From: Segetibacter sp.
GTDB lineage: Bacteria > Bacteroidota > Bacteroidia > Chitinophagales > Chitinophagaceae
Direction of reading: 5' to 3'
NCBI GenBank assembly: GCA_031425015.1
Contig: JANPIM010000013.1
Coordinates: 120,939 to 184,938 of the forward strand
Length of the DNA: 64,000 bases
Shown: piece by piece, positions 18,901 to 27,333 of the stretch
How the letters are laid out: every line of letters begins with the position of its first letter
How positions within the stretch are numbered: the first letter of the stretch is position 1
The notes under the pieces: model-generated
The model's database searches: none
Told to the model about the DNA's origin: nothing
What the model saw: the letters and a program-made list of their open reading frames with translations, nothing else
Position numbers and translations under genes: made by a program

Positions 18901-19916
18901 CCGCAAAGATGTTGGTGACATTGTCAAGTCCTCAGCAACAAGGATACAACGTGACGTGCAAAAACAGCGCGACCGGTAATATAGAATTGAAAGTAAAAGG
19001 TGGAGTGGGTGACTATAGCTATAGCTGGAATACTGGAGCGACCACTGCTTACCTCACCAATGTACCGGCGGGCAAGTACACCGTAGTAGTAAAGGATGAA
19101 GCTCAATGTCCTGTGCAAAAAAGCATCAACTTAACGGAGCCTGCAAACAGTGTTTCAATAGAATCAATTGTACGTTCCATTGATTGCAATAATGCAAACG
19201 GATCGATTGCTGTGAAAGTAACCGGTGGCCTAGCTCCATACCGTTACATGCTTAATGGAGTAGCCGCTACTTTCAACATGCAAAAACTTTCGGCAGGAGT
19301 TTATTCGATAACTGTAATAGATGCTTTGGGTTGTGAAAAAACAAAAACAGTTGAAGTAAAAGATAACCGACTGCAGGTGATGGTGACAGCCGACAGGCAT
19401 ACACTGGTAGCTAGCTCAGGCATTACTTCTACTACTTTGAATGCTGAAGCTATTGGTGGTACGGGCAAGTATACTTACACCTGGAATGCAAACGAAAGTT
19501 TGCAGGCGAACGGAAATGCTAAAGCCACAGTACATCCTGCCACTACTACTGATTATACCGTAACTGTGCAAGATGAAGTCGGTTGCAAAGCAACGGCAAG
19601 CCTGACTGTAAAAGTGATGGCAGAAGTGATAGCGGCTAAGGTGCCTGCTGCTCCTGTGGTGGTGATAGAAAGTATGAAGGTGTCGCCTAACCCTACCAAT
19701 GGTATTTTCAATGTACTGTTGAACGGATTTGCAAATGGTAAAGTAGAAATTCGGGTATTGGATGCCAACGGAAAAGAGGTAGCCACCAAACAACTAAATG
19801 TTGTGGGAGAGATGCAAAGTGTGCCGTTTAACCTGATGAAAATGTCGAGAGGAATGTATTTCATTCACGTGGTAACTGCTACGGGATCGTTCCAGGAGAA
19901 AGTGCTGATAAAATAG
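12999..19916 (+). CDS. Large T9SS-secreted surface protein (2305 aa): signal peptide, unknown ~350-aa domain, 6 SdrD-B-like domains, SprB-like repeats, unknown ~200-aa domain, DUF3494/choice-of-anchor-like beta-solenoid, PKD-like, T9SS CTD
   Basis: Six G(N/D)(Q/F)V(W/F)xDxxG(D/N)G..D..EPG motifs (SdrD_B signature). C-terminal YSWSNG..G..L..V.AG.Y.L.V.D...C repeats (SprB-like). SPNPTNG.F...SRGMYFIHV...EKVLIK CTD. Signal peptide ending ALS-Q. Confidence 0.9.
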   Translation: MSIFTHGSKSKDKTNASCWWHSIKTLAGIFLPVIAFLCICTNALSQDLPNPAPNNKTLATGSFVIAMDNNNQSNGANYFNLKAYGLVVHLLNNQVKVKWIIKAGKAKDGIDFSVNASRIKPTTAAGLVLDFRSGPFVIQSADVAGVSALVDAYNNTLAVADRVKVYQTNAAVLVDERYDLTGFKPKAALLNNGGNWDIHRDFFLDAGITGGMNTANTAATNWSKAMAADLLSSCYTFASEAHWEQSKEVEAKAATDAVKAFLVAGGNALAECAAVRTYENAGRFHSTGGINSATENKFNGALSTLVYPNADLSYTQFQGAINIDNGGSLKNWTYSGSLKNNQHDHVRGPVANPNIGAAVSKLSTAGKGGLIFYLGNHKFDNQKDITVINGERMYLNAFLTPSRNNTCTSGGGGSLKLGNQVWNDYDGDGKRDLNEPGIAGATITLYTDNDNNNLPDGEGIATTTTDQFGKYAFTNLAQGRYIASMPILPGYTQTPNNTTGGIVGALKPGCCSLDPDANIDNDNNLVRLVGPNGPGGVVYTNGITLSEGGEPTTDGDDANSNLTLDLAQCGNGAIGDFVWNDLNGNGIQDAGEPGINGVVVRITYSDGTFAEEATHSYNGQDGYYDFVNLGPGTYVISFTNPPGFIPGLANQGSNDAIDSDPVNGSVTVTLTHNQSDFTIDAAFIQNGIQANLTTGNQVWNDYDGDGRRDLNEPGIPGATVRLYRDNNNDNLPDGAPIATTTTDANGKYLFTNLSQGRYIASMPILQGYQQSPNTATGGVIGSPQSGCCSLDPDQNIDDDNNLVRLVGPNGVGGELYTNAIILNPGQEPTNDGDDANGNLTLDLAQCGVFFIGDFVWNDLNGNGIQDAGEGGLNGITVRITFSDGTIGETTTATSNGQDGYYNFRNLGPGTYVISFPAIPGFTPSPANQGSDREKDSNPVNGSTTVVISNASDFSVDAGYVRTVNACTFTVNLVSQVMPTTTNYDGSVTVSFLDMVPPYSYTIQKGQNSGGYVTIRTVTNQTANPLTISGLNDGFYWVSFIDSRGCTGMVDPDLQIQCTTIGGTLTAGKINCINGLTTLTANVTGGSGTYQYSLDDITFQNSSIFTVPAGTYSVYVRDFNKGCIKLLQPITVLPGNTNCNEICLVSPTIPNIVNAKLRWVTNADGTITIRSTFAKTFVDNTYGTNAIGWGTKGHTFSNLVGSDHVQLALFDNSNTKKLEFKLDYITASNTAPSGYKTLGVLGGEGQMILGNASDVVSVRTSIDSNLNGFGYVLTTNSPVTDLNYTPNPSYPNWIFEVWYEVTVKASAFGTSGFKNPMIASVHASPSKTGNNTEVVVPGDCPTTGSIGDFVWSDLNGNGIQDANEPGLSGVTVTLTAANGTIRTTTSGSNGQYLFSNLPAGTYTVTFSTPAGFAATLSNQGSDDAKDSDPINGSVTVTLAADQSNLTIDFGLKVISDCPPGQIGGIQLSNLTKQLFVFTDGSVDANWQSASKGYVGDVAIDGLKASERTSGTVPYSGTISTNDNTLSSWQKIVNDNPGQAFSSLNQSTKINSFRTELENAFAQINAFPASAGYSSVSASSLNGLNTQDGVAQTFVINVTSGFGVSSKINITGDANDIFILRWDEDANFSNGYNGQVKFQSGGAIVPMGGLKASNFIHVAGDINSSGGGSTPNSPYPQGPRKNNGTGDLINGGSDFNGGGFFTGYWLTTGAPTITGSGQPYGETSSLSNGIFVGGWYSKTTKFSMTSGTSGVYVAPAPCVPTSKGKIGDFVFNDVNGNGIQDAGEPGLPSVTVTLTLPNGSTQTTTSGNNGQYAFSNLPAGTYTVSFSTPAGFVATLANQGFNDAIDSDLNADGEVEVTLALPSATSPNTSSLNVDAGYYNPGLRQQSSPAFTFCDLKVALELTHPLCSGHVTGKIMSKVTGNTNALTYSWSNGSTGANLLAVGAGTYTLTVQENATGCSVTSKPVELKNPAKMLVTLSSPQQQGYNVTCKNSATGNIELKVKGGVGDYSYSWNTGATTAYLTNVPAGKYTVVVKDEAQCPVQKSINLTEPANSVSIESIVRSIDCNNANGSIAVKVTGGLAPYRYMLNGVAATFNMQKLSAGVYSITVIDALGCEKTKTVEVKDNRLQVMVTADRHTLVASSGITSTTLNAEAIGGTGKYTYTWNANESLQANGNAKATVHPATTTDYTVTVQDEVGCKATASLTVKVMAEVIAAKVPAAPVVVIESMKVSPNPTNGIFNVLLNGFANGKVEIRVLDANGKEVATKQLNVVGEMQSVPFNLMKMSRGMYFIHVVTATGSFQEKVLIK

Positions 19917-19935
19917 TTGATGTGTTTTAAATGGT

Positions 19936-19972
19936 AATGGCCTGCGGCGTAATGCTGTGGGCCATTTTATTT
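19936..19972 (+). terminator. Intrinsic terminator after giant protein 2
   Basis: AATGGCCTGCGGC-gtaat-GCTGTGGGCCATT (G-U pairs) then TTATTT. Confidence 0.65.
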
Positions 19973-19993
19973 ATAGTGCTTTTGACAACCGGG

Positions 19994-20650
19994 TTATAGC
20001 AAGTTCATGTGCAACACACTAAAGTTTTGTAACGATGAAATTTTTAAATCTGCCAGGCTCCAGCGTTCGTCTTTAGCCTGTGCAGGCACCGGAACAACTA
20101 CACATTTCATGCGGGCTGCTTTGGCTGCAATCATGCCGTTAACGGAATCTTCAAAGCAAATACATTGCAAGGGTGAAGAACCTAAGGCGGCTGCGCAGTC
20201 GAGGTATACTTGCGGGTGGGGCTTGCCAAAATCCATGTTTTCTGCTGAAGTGGTGGCGAGCAAATAGGGTTTTATCTGTAGCATGTCCACCACCGTTTCA
20301 ACCAGCGATAAAGGTGAAGAGGTAGCTAACCCAATTTTAAATCCGCGTTGGTGAAAGAAGTCGAAAATGTAGCGCGTGCCAGGTAAGGCCTGCCCATTGC
20401 GTTGTATTTTTCTAATCACCAGTTCAATGATGTTGTCGGCTGCACGCTTCAATTCAGCATCGTCAAAGTTATAGTCGCGGAGCCACCAGCTTACAAACTC
20501 GCTGGTGCGTAAACCGGTTGTTTGTTCGTACTCTCCTTTACTTAGTTTTTTGCCGTAGTAAGCAAATACTTCTTCTGCTGCTTCCTTCCACAGAGGTTCG
20601 CTGTCAATCAGCAAGCCGTCCATATCAAATATTACCGTATTCAGCTCCAT
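19994..20650 (-). CDS. hxpB: HAD-family hexitol/2-deoxyglucose-6-phosphate phosphatase (HxpB/YniC-like)
   Basis: VIFDMDGLLIDSEPLW, LATSS, GKPHPQVYL, FEDSVNGMIAAKAARM. Confidence 0.85.
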   Translation of the reverse strand: MELNTVIFDMDGLLIDSEPLWKEAAEEVFAYYGKKLSKGEYEQTTGLRTSEFVSWWLRDYNFDDAELKRAADNIIELVIRKIQRNGQALPGTRYIFDFFHQRGFKIGLATSSPLSLVETVVDMLQIKPYLLATTSAENMDFGKPHPQVYLDCAAALGSSPLQCICFEDSVNGMIAAKAARMKCVVVPVPAQAKDERWSLADLKISSLQNFSVLHMNLL

Positions 20651-20668
20651 GCTCTTTTTTTAAGAGCG

Positions 20669-20676
20669 CAAAGATA
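20669..20676 (-). promoter_or_regulatory. Bacteroidota sigma-A -7 element for hxpB
   Basis: TATCTTTG on the minus strand (consensus TAnnTTTG), ending 18 nt upstream of the ATG. Confidence 0.6.
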
Positions 20677-20742
20677 GGTGGACACATGGCTTAGCTCTTG
20701 AAGGATCTATTGAGATGAAATGAGGTAAAAAGGCTGGGCAAT

Positions 20743-20778
20743 AAAAAAGGACGGCAGTTTTTAAACTGCTATCCTTTT
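20743..20778 (-). terminator. Terminator after SIMPL gene
   Basis: Minus strand AAAAGGATAGCAGTTT-aa-AAACTGCCGTCCTTTTTT. Confidence 0.6.
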
Positions 20779-20847
20779 ATGTCTTACTTCTTAGTTAGTA
20801 TTGAAGCGGGTGAGTTTATGACCCGATGAAGACGGAAAAAATAGTTG

Positions 20848-20868
20848 AAGTGTGCGACGCAACGATGC
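20848..20868 (+). repeat. REP-like dispersed element copy
   Basis: AAGTGTGCGACGCAACGATGC, continuing ...CAAATGTTGGCTACC, which resembles the 29016 copy. Confidence 0.75.
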
Positions 20869-20900
20869 ATCATTCATGTTCAAATGTTGGCTACCAAAAA

Positions 20901-21617
20901 CTACTTCAAAGCAAAGATGACATTGACATCAAACTGTAACTTTATTTTCTTGAAACCGATCTCTGGCGTTGCGGCACCATCATCCGCCATTTCCTGTTTC
21001 ATCATTTGGTTGGCCATCATGGGCTGTGGATAGAAGCGCACTTCATTTGGATCGTTGATGGTGAGGGCTTCACCAACCTTTTCGCCTATTGCTTCTGATA
21101 AATACGTAGCCTTTTCTTTTGCTGCTTTAACCGCCTGGATCTTCAACTGCTTTTTAAACTCCTGCAACTTGCTGTGTGACACGCGTGCAATAAAAAAGTT
21201 TTGTGTGGCCTCATCATCCAGTTTCTCTACCAGTTCATCCATCTTTTTGGTTGAGGATAACTTTACCTGGTAAGTGATGCTGGCCTTCAGGTCGGGGTTC
21301 TTCTTCTTGTTTTTACGATACAACCAATAGTTGCCGTCCCAGCCCTGGTAGCTTTGAACTGATAAGTCCGTCTCCGCAATGCCGATGGACATTGCCGCCT
21401 TAATGAAGTCGCTCTTTATCTTTTCAATTTCAACTTTGCTGCCGCCTTTTCGGTCGTATTCGCGCAGTTCAACCTGCACATAAATTTCATCGGGCACTAC
21501 TTCCATTTCGGCAGAGCCATTTACATTAATTGTTTTTTGTTTGATTACTTCCTGGCTGAATGCTTGCGCAGTAAGCATTGTGGAGGCGATGAGTAGTGTA
21601 GTAAGGATGCGTTTCAT
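20901..21617 (-). CDS. SIMPL (DUF541) domain periplasmic protein
   Basis: Signal peptide MKRILTTLL...AFS-Q (likely start ATG 21617); INVNGSAEMEVVPD, AVKAAKEKA..L....G..VG...I. Confidence 0.85.
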   Translation of the reverse strand: MKRILTTLLIASTMLTAQAFSQEVIKQKTINVNGSAEMEVVPDEIYVQVELREYDRKGGSKVEIEKIKSDFIKAAMSIGIAETDLSVQSYQGWDGNYWLYRKNKKKNPDLKASITYQVKLSSTKKMDELVEKLDDEATQNFFIARVSHSKLQEFKKQLKIQAVKAAKEKATYLSEAIGEKVGEALTINDPNEVRFYPQPMMANQMMKQEMADDGAATPEIGFKKIKLQFDVNVIFALK

Positions 21618-21751
21618 GATCTTTATTTTAGTTACCAGATGTTGAGCATTGAGCAATTACATACAAAGAAAATAAACAAATCAACTCTTAACATTGTGTT
21701 TACATTCCTTATTTTGCAGCCCGCTTTATTGATTGTAATAAATACCCATAG

Positions 21752-22522
21752 ATGAGTTCGTTTGCCGATAAACTAAAACATGTAAGGATCGTTCGTAAGA
21801 TAGTGTATGCGATGGTTGGCGTGATAACATATCCTGGGTTGGCTATTATAAACACGATCAAAATAGAGGGTACCGAACATCTTGAAAAATTGCCGAAGCA
21901 AAATGTATTGTTTGTCAGCAATCACCAGACTTACTTTGCGGATGTTATTACGTTCCTCCACATTTTTTGTGCAGTGAAGTGGGGCAAACGTAACAAGCTT
22001 GGAATACCCTATTACCTGCTAAATCCATTCACTAATTTATACTATGTAGCTGCTGAAGAAACAATGAATGGGAGCTTTATCAGCCGCCTTTTTAAACTGG
22101 CCGGTGCACTCACGGTTAAACGTACCTGGCGTTCAGAAGGAAAGGAAGTAAGGCGCGGCCTTGACCCATCAGATACCAGAAAAATTACGCAAGCATTAAG
22201 CAACAGCTGGATCATTACATTTCCGCAGGGTACTACCAAGCCATTTGCGCCGGGAAGAAAAGGCACATCGTTTATTATTCAGAAAAATCGACCCATTGTA
22301 GTGCCGATTGTGATCAATGGTTTTTGGCGTGCCTTCAATAAAAAAGGATTGGTATTTAAAAAGAAAGGTTCTATACTTTCTGTAAAGTTTAAGGAGCCAT
22401 TGTCTATTGATTATGATGCGCCTTCCGAAGAAATTCTGGAGCAGGTAATGGATGCCATTGAGCAAAGCAAAAGGTTCATGATGAAAGGCAAGCATCATAA
22501 GATTACGGCGACGGATAAGTGA
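21752..22522 (+). CDS. Lysophospholipid (1-acyl-sn-glycerol-3-phosphate) acyltransferase
   Basis: SNHQTYFAD (HX4D), TFPQGT, PIVVPIVI. Confidence 0.85.
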   Translation: MSSFADKLKHVRIVRKIVYAMVGVITYPGLAIINTIKIEGTEHLEKLPKQNVLFVSNHQTYFADVITFLHIFCAVKWGKRNKLGIPYYLLNPFTNLYYVAAEETMNGSFISRLFKLAGALTVKRTWRSEGKEVRRGLDPSDTRKITQALSNSWIITFPQGTTKPFAPGRKGTSFIIQKNRPIVVPIVINGFWRAFNKKGLVFKKKGSILSVKFKEPLSIDYDAPSEEILEQVMDAIEQSKRFMMKGKHHKITATDK

Positions 22523-22621
22523 GCGGAGATCAGTGACTGGTGACCAGGAAGCTTTGCAAGTTCAGTTTTCTACCAATCACTAATCACTGATTACAAGTCA
22601 CTCACCACCAACCACCGACTC
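22518..22621. repeat. Degenerate 7-mer arrays (AGTGAnn / TCACTnn types) between convergent genes
   Basis: gatcagtgactggtgaccagg ... accaatcactaatcactgattacaagtcactcaccaccaaccacc. Confidence 0.6.
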
Positions 22622-23134
22622 CTATTTCACAAACAACGCCTTCAGCTCACTCGCATCATCGGGTTTCATTTTTCCGGCGAGTATAAGTCTCAATTGCCTT
22701 CTTCTTAATGCGCCTTCATAAATCTTCTTCTCGTGTTCTGTTTCGGGTATAAGCTGTGGTACCGGCCTTGGCTTATTGTAAGGGTCCAGGGCTACAAAGG
22801 TGAAGTAGGCTTCATTGCTCTCATACCTGTATTGATGCAATAAATCTTCACCCCAAACTTGTATATGTATTTCCATTGAAGTAGTAAATGCCCTCGAAAC
22901 CTTTGCCTCTATATGCACTACGTTGCCAAGCTTTATGGGGTTCTTAAAACTAAGATTATCCACGCTAGCCGTCATGCTGGGAAAGTTGCAATGTTTGCCT
23001 GCTGCAATGCCAGCTGCAATATCCATCCAGTACATTAGGCGACCACCCATAAGGTTTCCAAAAGTATTGGTATCGTTAGGCAAAACAATTTCATTCATGA
23101 TCGTAAAACTCTCACTCGCTTTCTTCTCGGGCAT
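22622..23134 (-). CDS. Acyl-CoA thioesterase (HotDog, YciA family)
   Basis: VLPNDTNTFGNLMGGRLMYWMDIAA, TASVDNLSFKNPI, AYFTFVALD. Confidence 0.9.
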   Translation of the reverse strand: MPEKKASESFTIMNEIVLPNDTNTFGNLMGGRLMYWMDIAAGIAAGKHCNFPSMTASVDNLSFKNPIKLGNVVHIEAKVSRAFTTSMEIHIQVWGEDLLHQYRYESNEAYFTFVALDPYNKPRPVPQLIPETEHEKKIYEGALRRRQLRLILAGKMKPDDASELKALFVK

Positions 23135-23149
23135 GCGCTAAATTTTGCG

Positions 23150-23157
23150 CAAAGGTA
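23150..23157 (-). promoter_or_regulatory. -7 promoter element for the thioesterase gene
   Basis: TACCTTTG on the minus strand, ending 15 nt upstream of the ATG. Confidence 0.6.
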
Positions 23158-23415
23158 TCGGATTGTGTTTGTTGCTACTGCCGCCATCAAAGCTTAACGG
23201 ATTATTGGTGGTTGCGCAAAGTAGCATGCACGGGTTCAATTGTCTGCTCAAATGCATATATCACCTTGCTGGTCAACTTAAACCGTTTGGCTCTTTGTTG
23301 ATTGATGTGTCATTTGCTTTGTGTAGCAACCTTCGTGCGCCTTCTCCCATCAATTGTTTTTTGGATTTTTTAGTTAAACCCGCCTAACCGATATTCGCAC
23401 CGAATTAGTCTTGCT

Positions 23416-24603
23416 ATGAACATTGCTTTCGAAAACACTGAGAATGCCTTCGCTTATAAATCTACTAAAGAATTAAAGCAGGCCAAATGGCTCTTTAAGA
23501 CCATGGATATGCCGTGGCTTGTAGCCGTTGGTACGCGCCTTACTCCCCTGGCCATCAAATTAGGATTACCTGTAAATAGTTTGATTCGCAAAACCATTTT
23601 CAGCCAGTTTGTAGGTGGAGAAACAATGGAAGAAACCATTCAAGTGACCAATGTTCTGGACAAGTATAGTGTGGAAGTGATTCTTGATTATGGCGTAGAA
23701 GGAGAAGAAGGTGAAGCAAATTTTGATCACGCAACCGACGAGTTTATAAAAGTGATAGAATACGCTGCTACCCAGCCGCATATCCCTTTTATCAGTATAA
23801 AAGTTACGGGTTTATCGCGTCATGGGCTGTTGCAAACTTTGCATGAAGCACCGCGCCTTCGCTCAGGCATTCATGATGATGAAGTAGAGCGTGAAGAATG
23901 GGAGCGGGTACGTAGTCGCATGCTTCGCATATGCCAGGTGGCTTCCGATAAAAAAGTAGGTGTATTGATAGATGCAGAAGAAAGTTGGATACAGGATCCA
24001 GTGGACAGGCTCACTATGGAAATGATGGAAGCTTTTAATAAAGATTATGCAATTGTATACAACACTATTCAGTTGTATCGCCACGACCGTTTGCATTTTC
24101 TGGATCTATCTTATCGTATTGCAAAGCAGAAAAATTTTGTGTTAGGTATAAAACTCGTACGCGGTGCCTACATGGAAAAAGAGCGTGCAAGAGCTGCAGA
24201 AAACGGGTACAAGTCACCCATTCAACCTGATAAGGAAAGCACTGACCGCGACTACGATGCGGCAGTAAAATACTGCATTGATCGGATTGAAGATATTGCC
24301 TGTATTGTTGCCAGTCATAATGAAGATAGCAACCTGGAAGCCGTTCGACTTATGGAAGAAAAACAACTTCCGCTCAATCATGAGCATCTGCATTTTTCGC
24401 AGTTGTTGGGCATGAGCGATCACATCACTTTTAATTTGGCAAAAGCCGGATGCTCTGTCAGCAAGTACGTTCCTTTCGGGCCAATTAAAGAAGTAATTCC
24501 TTACCTGATGCGGCGTGCACAAGAGAACACCAGCGTATCCGGCCAAACCGGAAGGGAACTGATGCTGATTGAAAAAGAATTAGAGCGGAGAAAAGGAAAG
24601 TAG
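23416..24603 (+). CDS. Monofunctional proline dehydrogenase
   Basis: QFVGGE, LIDAEESWIQD, KLVRGAYMEKER, ASHN, FSQLLGMSD, KYVPFGP..EVIPYLMRRAQEN. Confidence 0.92.
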   Translation: MNIAFENTENAFAYKSTKELKQAKWLFKTMDMPWLVAVGTRLTPLAIKLGLPVNSLIRKTIFSQFVGGETMEETIQVTNVLDKYSVEVILDYGVEGEEGEANFDHATDEFIKVIEYAATQPHIPFISIKVTGLSRHGLLQTLHEAPRLRSGIHDDEVEREEWERVRSRMLRICQVASDKKVGVLIDAEESWIQDPVDRLTMEMMEAFNKDYAIVYNTIQLYRHDRLHFLDLSYRIAKQKNFVLGIKLVRGAYMEKERARAAENGYKSPIQPDKESTDRDYDAAVKYCIDRIEDIACIVASHNEDSNLEAVRLMEEKQLPLNHEHLHFSQLLGMSDHITFNLAKAGCSVSKYVPFGPIKEVIPYLMRRAQENTSVSGQTGRELMLIEKELERRKGK

Positions 24604-24634
24604 TTTTGGGAGCGAGCTTTGGAGATCGTCTCAA

Positions 24635-24658
24635 CATCGTTGTGTCACTCACTTGTAC
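24635..24658 (-). repeat. REP-like dispersed element copy
   Basis: Reverse complement GTACAAGTGAGTGACACAACGATG is identical to the cores at 28860 and 29016. Confidence 0.85.
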
Positions 24659-24702
24659 GATATATCATTGTCTCGCGAGCACGTAAGCATCAATGCTCAC
24701 CC

Positions 24703-24742
24703 ACTCAACTTTTCAACCTATCAACTCATCAACTAATCCACC
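24703..24742 (+). repeat. Degenerate 8-mer array (TCAACnnn) upstream of thyA
   Basis: tcaacttt tcaaccta tcaactca tcaactaa. Confidence 0.7.
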
Positions 24743-24761
24743 ATAAAGCTACCTTGCATCC

Positions 24762-25556
24762 ATGCAGCAATACCTCGATTTACTTCAGCATATCTTAACG
24801 AATGGCACTGCCAAAACCGACCGCACCGGCACGGGAACCAAGAGTGTTTTTGGTTACCAGATGCGTTTCAATCTTGCTGAAGGTTTTCCGCTGGTGACTA
24901 CCAAACGGCTACACCTGAAAAGCATAATTTACGAGTTGCTGTGGTTCTTAAATGGCGATACCAATATCAAATATCTCAATGATCATGGGGTAAGCATTTG
25001 GAATGAATGGGCAAATGATCAGGGCGAACTTGGTCCCGTATATGGCAAGCAATGGCGCAGTTGGGAAGGTGCAGATGGAAAAGTGATCGATCAAATTACA
25101 TATGTAGTAAACCAGATTAAAACCAACCCCGACAGCAGGCGCATGATTGTAAGTGCTTGGAATGTGGGTGAGCTTTCGCAAATGGCTTTGATGCCGTGCC
25201 ATTCCTTATTCCAGTTTTACGTGGCTGATGGAAAATTGAGTTGCCAGTTGTACCAACGCAGTGCCGATGTTTTTTTAGGGGTTCCTTTCAACATTGCTTC
25301 TTACGCTTTGCTTACATTAATGATGGCGCAAGTTTGCAACCTGCAACCTGGCGATTTCGTGCACACTTTTGGCGACGTGCACTTGTACAATAATCATTTT
25401 GAGCAAGCGGATCTGCAACTCTCACGTACACCATTTCCATTGCCGCAGGTAAAGCTTAACCCATCGGTTAAGGATATTTTCAGCTTCCAGTTTGAAGATT
25501 TCACTATTGAAAATTATCAATACCATCCTGCTATTAAAGCACCGGTAGCCGTGTAG
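24762..25556 (+). CDS. thyA: Thymidylate synthase
   Basis: [47 protein letters not shown]. Confidence 0.98.
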   Translation: MQQYLDLLQHILTNGTAKTDRTGTGTKSVFGYQMRFNLAEGFPLVTTKRLHLKSIIYELLWFLNGDTNIKYLNDHGVSIWNEWANDQGELGPVYGKQWRSWEGADGKVIDQITYVVNQIKTNPDSRRMIVSAWNVGELSQMALMPCHSLFQFYVADGKLSCQLYQRSADVFLGVPFNIASYALLTLMMAQVCNLQPGDFVHTFGDVHLYNNHFEQADLQLSRTPFPLPQVKLNPSVKDIFSFQFEDFTIENYQYHPAIKAPVAV

Positions 25557-25629
25557 CCACTGGCTCACTATTTTCAACTACCTGATCATAATATAACCGG
25601 GTATTTCACTCTTTATAAAGGCCTGGTTA

Positions 25630-25687
25630 GAGTGGCTCACTCTGCATCATTGCGCATTATAGGATCGTAAAATAGAGTGAACCACTC
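25630..25687. repeat. 14-bp inverted repeat with 30-nt spacer between thyA and folA
   Basis: GAGTGGCTCACTCT (25630-25643) vs AGAGTGAACCACTC (25674-25687), 1 mismatch; partial copy TGGCTCACT at about 25560. Confidence 0.65.
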
Positions 25688-25763
25688 AATGCATGCTGTA
25701 AATCTTTTTTTGTATAGACCCATCAATCCGCGTACTTCGTACTTCAAACTTTGCACTTACTAA

Positions 25764-26258
25764 ATGACTATTTCACTCATCGTTGCGGCATCGGCTAATA
25801 ATGCTATTGGAATCAATAATCAACTTCCGTGGCACCTACCAACCGACATGAAATTTTTCAAAAACACTACTTGGGGTATGCCGGTTATCATGGGTAGAAA
25901 AACATTCGAATCCATGGGCAACAAGCCACTTCCCGGCAGAGTTAATATTGTAATAACCAGGCAAGATGATTGGAAGGCTGAAGGCGTAATCAGCACATCA
26001 TCTTTGGCCGAAGCAAAAGAGGCCGCAATTGAAACCGATTGTAAGGAAGCATTTGTAATTGGTGGAGGAGAAATATTTTCGATGGCCATGAATGATGCCT
26101 CAAAAATTTATATGACCCGCGTGCACACAAACATTGAGGGCGATATTTTCTTCCCTGAAATCAATCCATCAGTTTGGAGCATGACTACGGCACGCGAGTG
26201 CTTTAAAGATGAGAAGCATCTGTTTGATTTTACATTTGAAACCTGGGAGCGCAAGTAA
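25764..26258 (+). CDS. folA: Dihydrofolate reductase
   Basis: IVAASANNAIG.NNQLPWHLPTDMKFFK, IMGRKTFES, PLPGR.NIVIT, IGGGEI. Confidence 0.97.
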   Translation: MTISLIVAASANNAIGINNQLPWHLPTDMKFFKNTTWGMPVIMGRKTFESMGNKPLPGRVNIVITRQDDWKAEGVISTSSLAEAKEAAIETDCKEAFVIGGGEIFSMAMNDASKIYMTRVHTNIEGDIFFPEINPSVWSMTTARECFKDEKHLFDFTFETWERK

Positions 26259-26303
26259 TCGGTATAATTTTTTAGTCATCTGTTAAACGAACAAGCCGCT
26301 TAC

Positions 26304-27101
26304 ATGTATTCAGCTTTTACTCTTGCCAGAAAATACCTGGAATACTATACAAAAGCTTCTAATAGTAAAGGTCACGGAGTCCATTCTCCATTCGTTTTCC
26401 AGTTTATTTCCAAGGTACTCAACGACACAAGAAAGCCTGCCATTTTTAGGCGCATTGAGCAACAGCGGCGCGCTATAAAAAGGAATACCGATTACCTGAC
26501 TATCGAGGATTTTGGTGCTGGATCTTCTATTGCAAAAACGAATACCCGCCGGGTTAGAACCATTGCAAGAACATCGCTAAAGCCAGCCAAGTACGCGCAG
26601 CTAATGCATCGGATGATTAACTATTACCTGGCAACAGGCATAGTGGAGTTAGGCACCTCCTTGGGTATTACCACGGCTTACCTGGGCGCATCTAATCCGC
26701 TTACAAAAGTTACCACCTTCGAAGGCTCTAATGAAGTGGCAGATATCGCTGAGAGCAACTTCATATCGCTGGGCCTGCTTAACATTAAGTTGATCCGCGG
26801 CAACTTTGATGCAACACTGCAGCCTTACCTGGACAACACATCTCATATTGATTTTGCATTCATTGATGGCAATCACCGTAAGGAACCAACACTCCGCTAT
26901 TTTGATAGGTTGCTTACCAAATCAAATGAGCAATCGGTGTTTGTATTTGATGATATACACTGGAGCGCAGAGATGGAGGAGGCCTGGGCTGCCATTCAGC
27001 AACATCCTTCTGTTACCCTTACCATCGATTTATTTTATATTGGCATCGTGTTCTTTCGTAAAGAACAAAAAGTGAAGCAACACTTTTCTATTCGTTTTTA
27101 G
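26304..27101 (+). CDS. Class I SAM-dependent methyltransferase (Methyltransf_24-like)
   Basis: HGVHSPFVF, VELGTSLG, FIDGNH, FVFDDIHWS. Confidence 0.8.
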   Translation: MYSAFTLARKYLEYYTKASNSKGHGVHSPFVFQFISKVLNDTRKPAIFRRIEQQRRAIKRNTDYLTIEDFGAGSSIAKTNTRRVRTIARTSLKPAKYAQLMHRMINYYLATGIVELGTSLGITTAYLGASNPLTKVTTFEGSNEVADIAESNFISLGLLNIKLIRGNFDATLQPYLDNTSHIDFAFIDGNHRKEPTLRYFDRLLTKSNEQSVFVFDDIHWSAEMEEAWAAIQQHPSVTLTIDLFYIGIVFFRKEQKVKQHFSIRF

Positions 27102-27333
27102 CGTTCTTTAGTTGAACAAAGTTTTTGGTACTGACGTGGCTCATACATCCCAACCTAGCCATGTTTTATTTTTGAAAATTGAACGGGAAGGAGACTTCGC
27201 TGTTATTAGTGTCGTAAGAAGTAATGACAATTTTTTGAATTTTGACTTTTGAATTTAGTTGTCCCTACATCTTATTGCATTTTGCAATGTCTTTAAAACC
27301 CGATAATTTCATGCGCATCAACTCTAGTAAAAC

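Noticed and set aside
1-19916. Diversity-generating retroelement or invertible (phase-variation) system acting on the adhesins
   Set aside because: No reverse transcriptase, recombinase or near-identical template/variable repeat pair seen; the repeats are synonymously diverged
27102-27333. Rex operator upstream of pnt
   Set aside because: No TTGTGAA-N4-TTCACAA-like site
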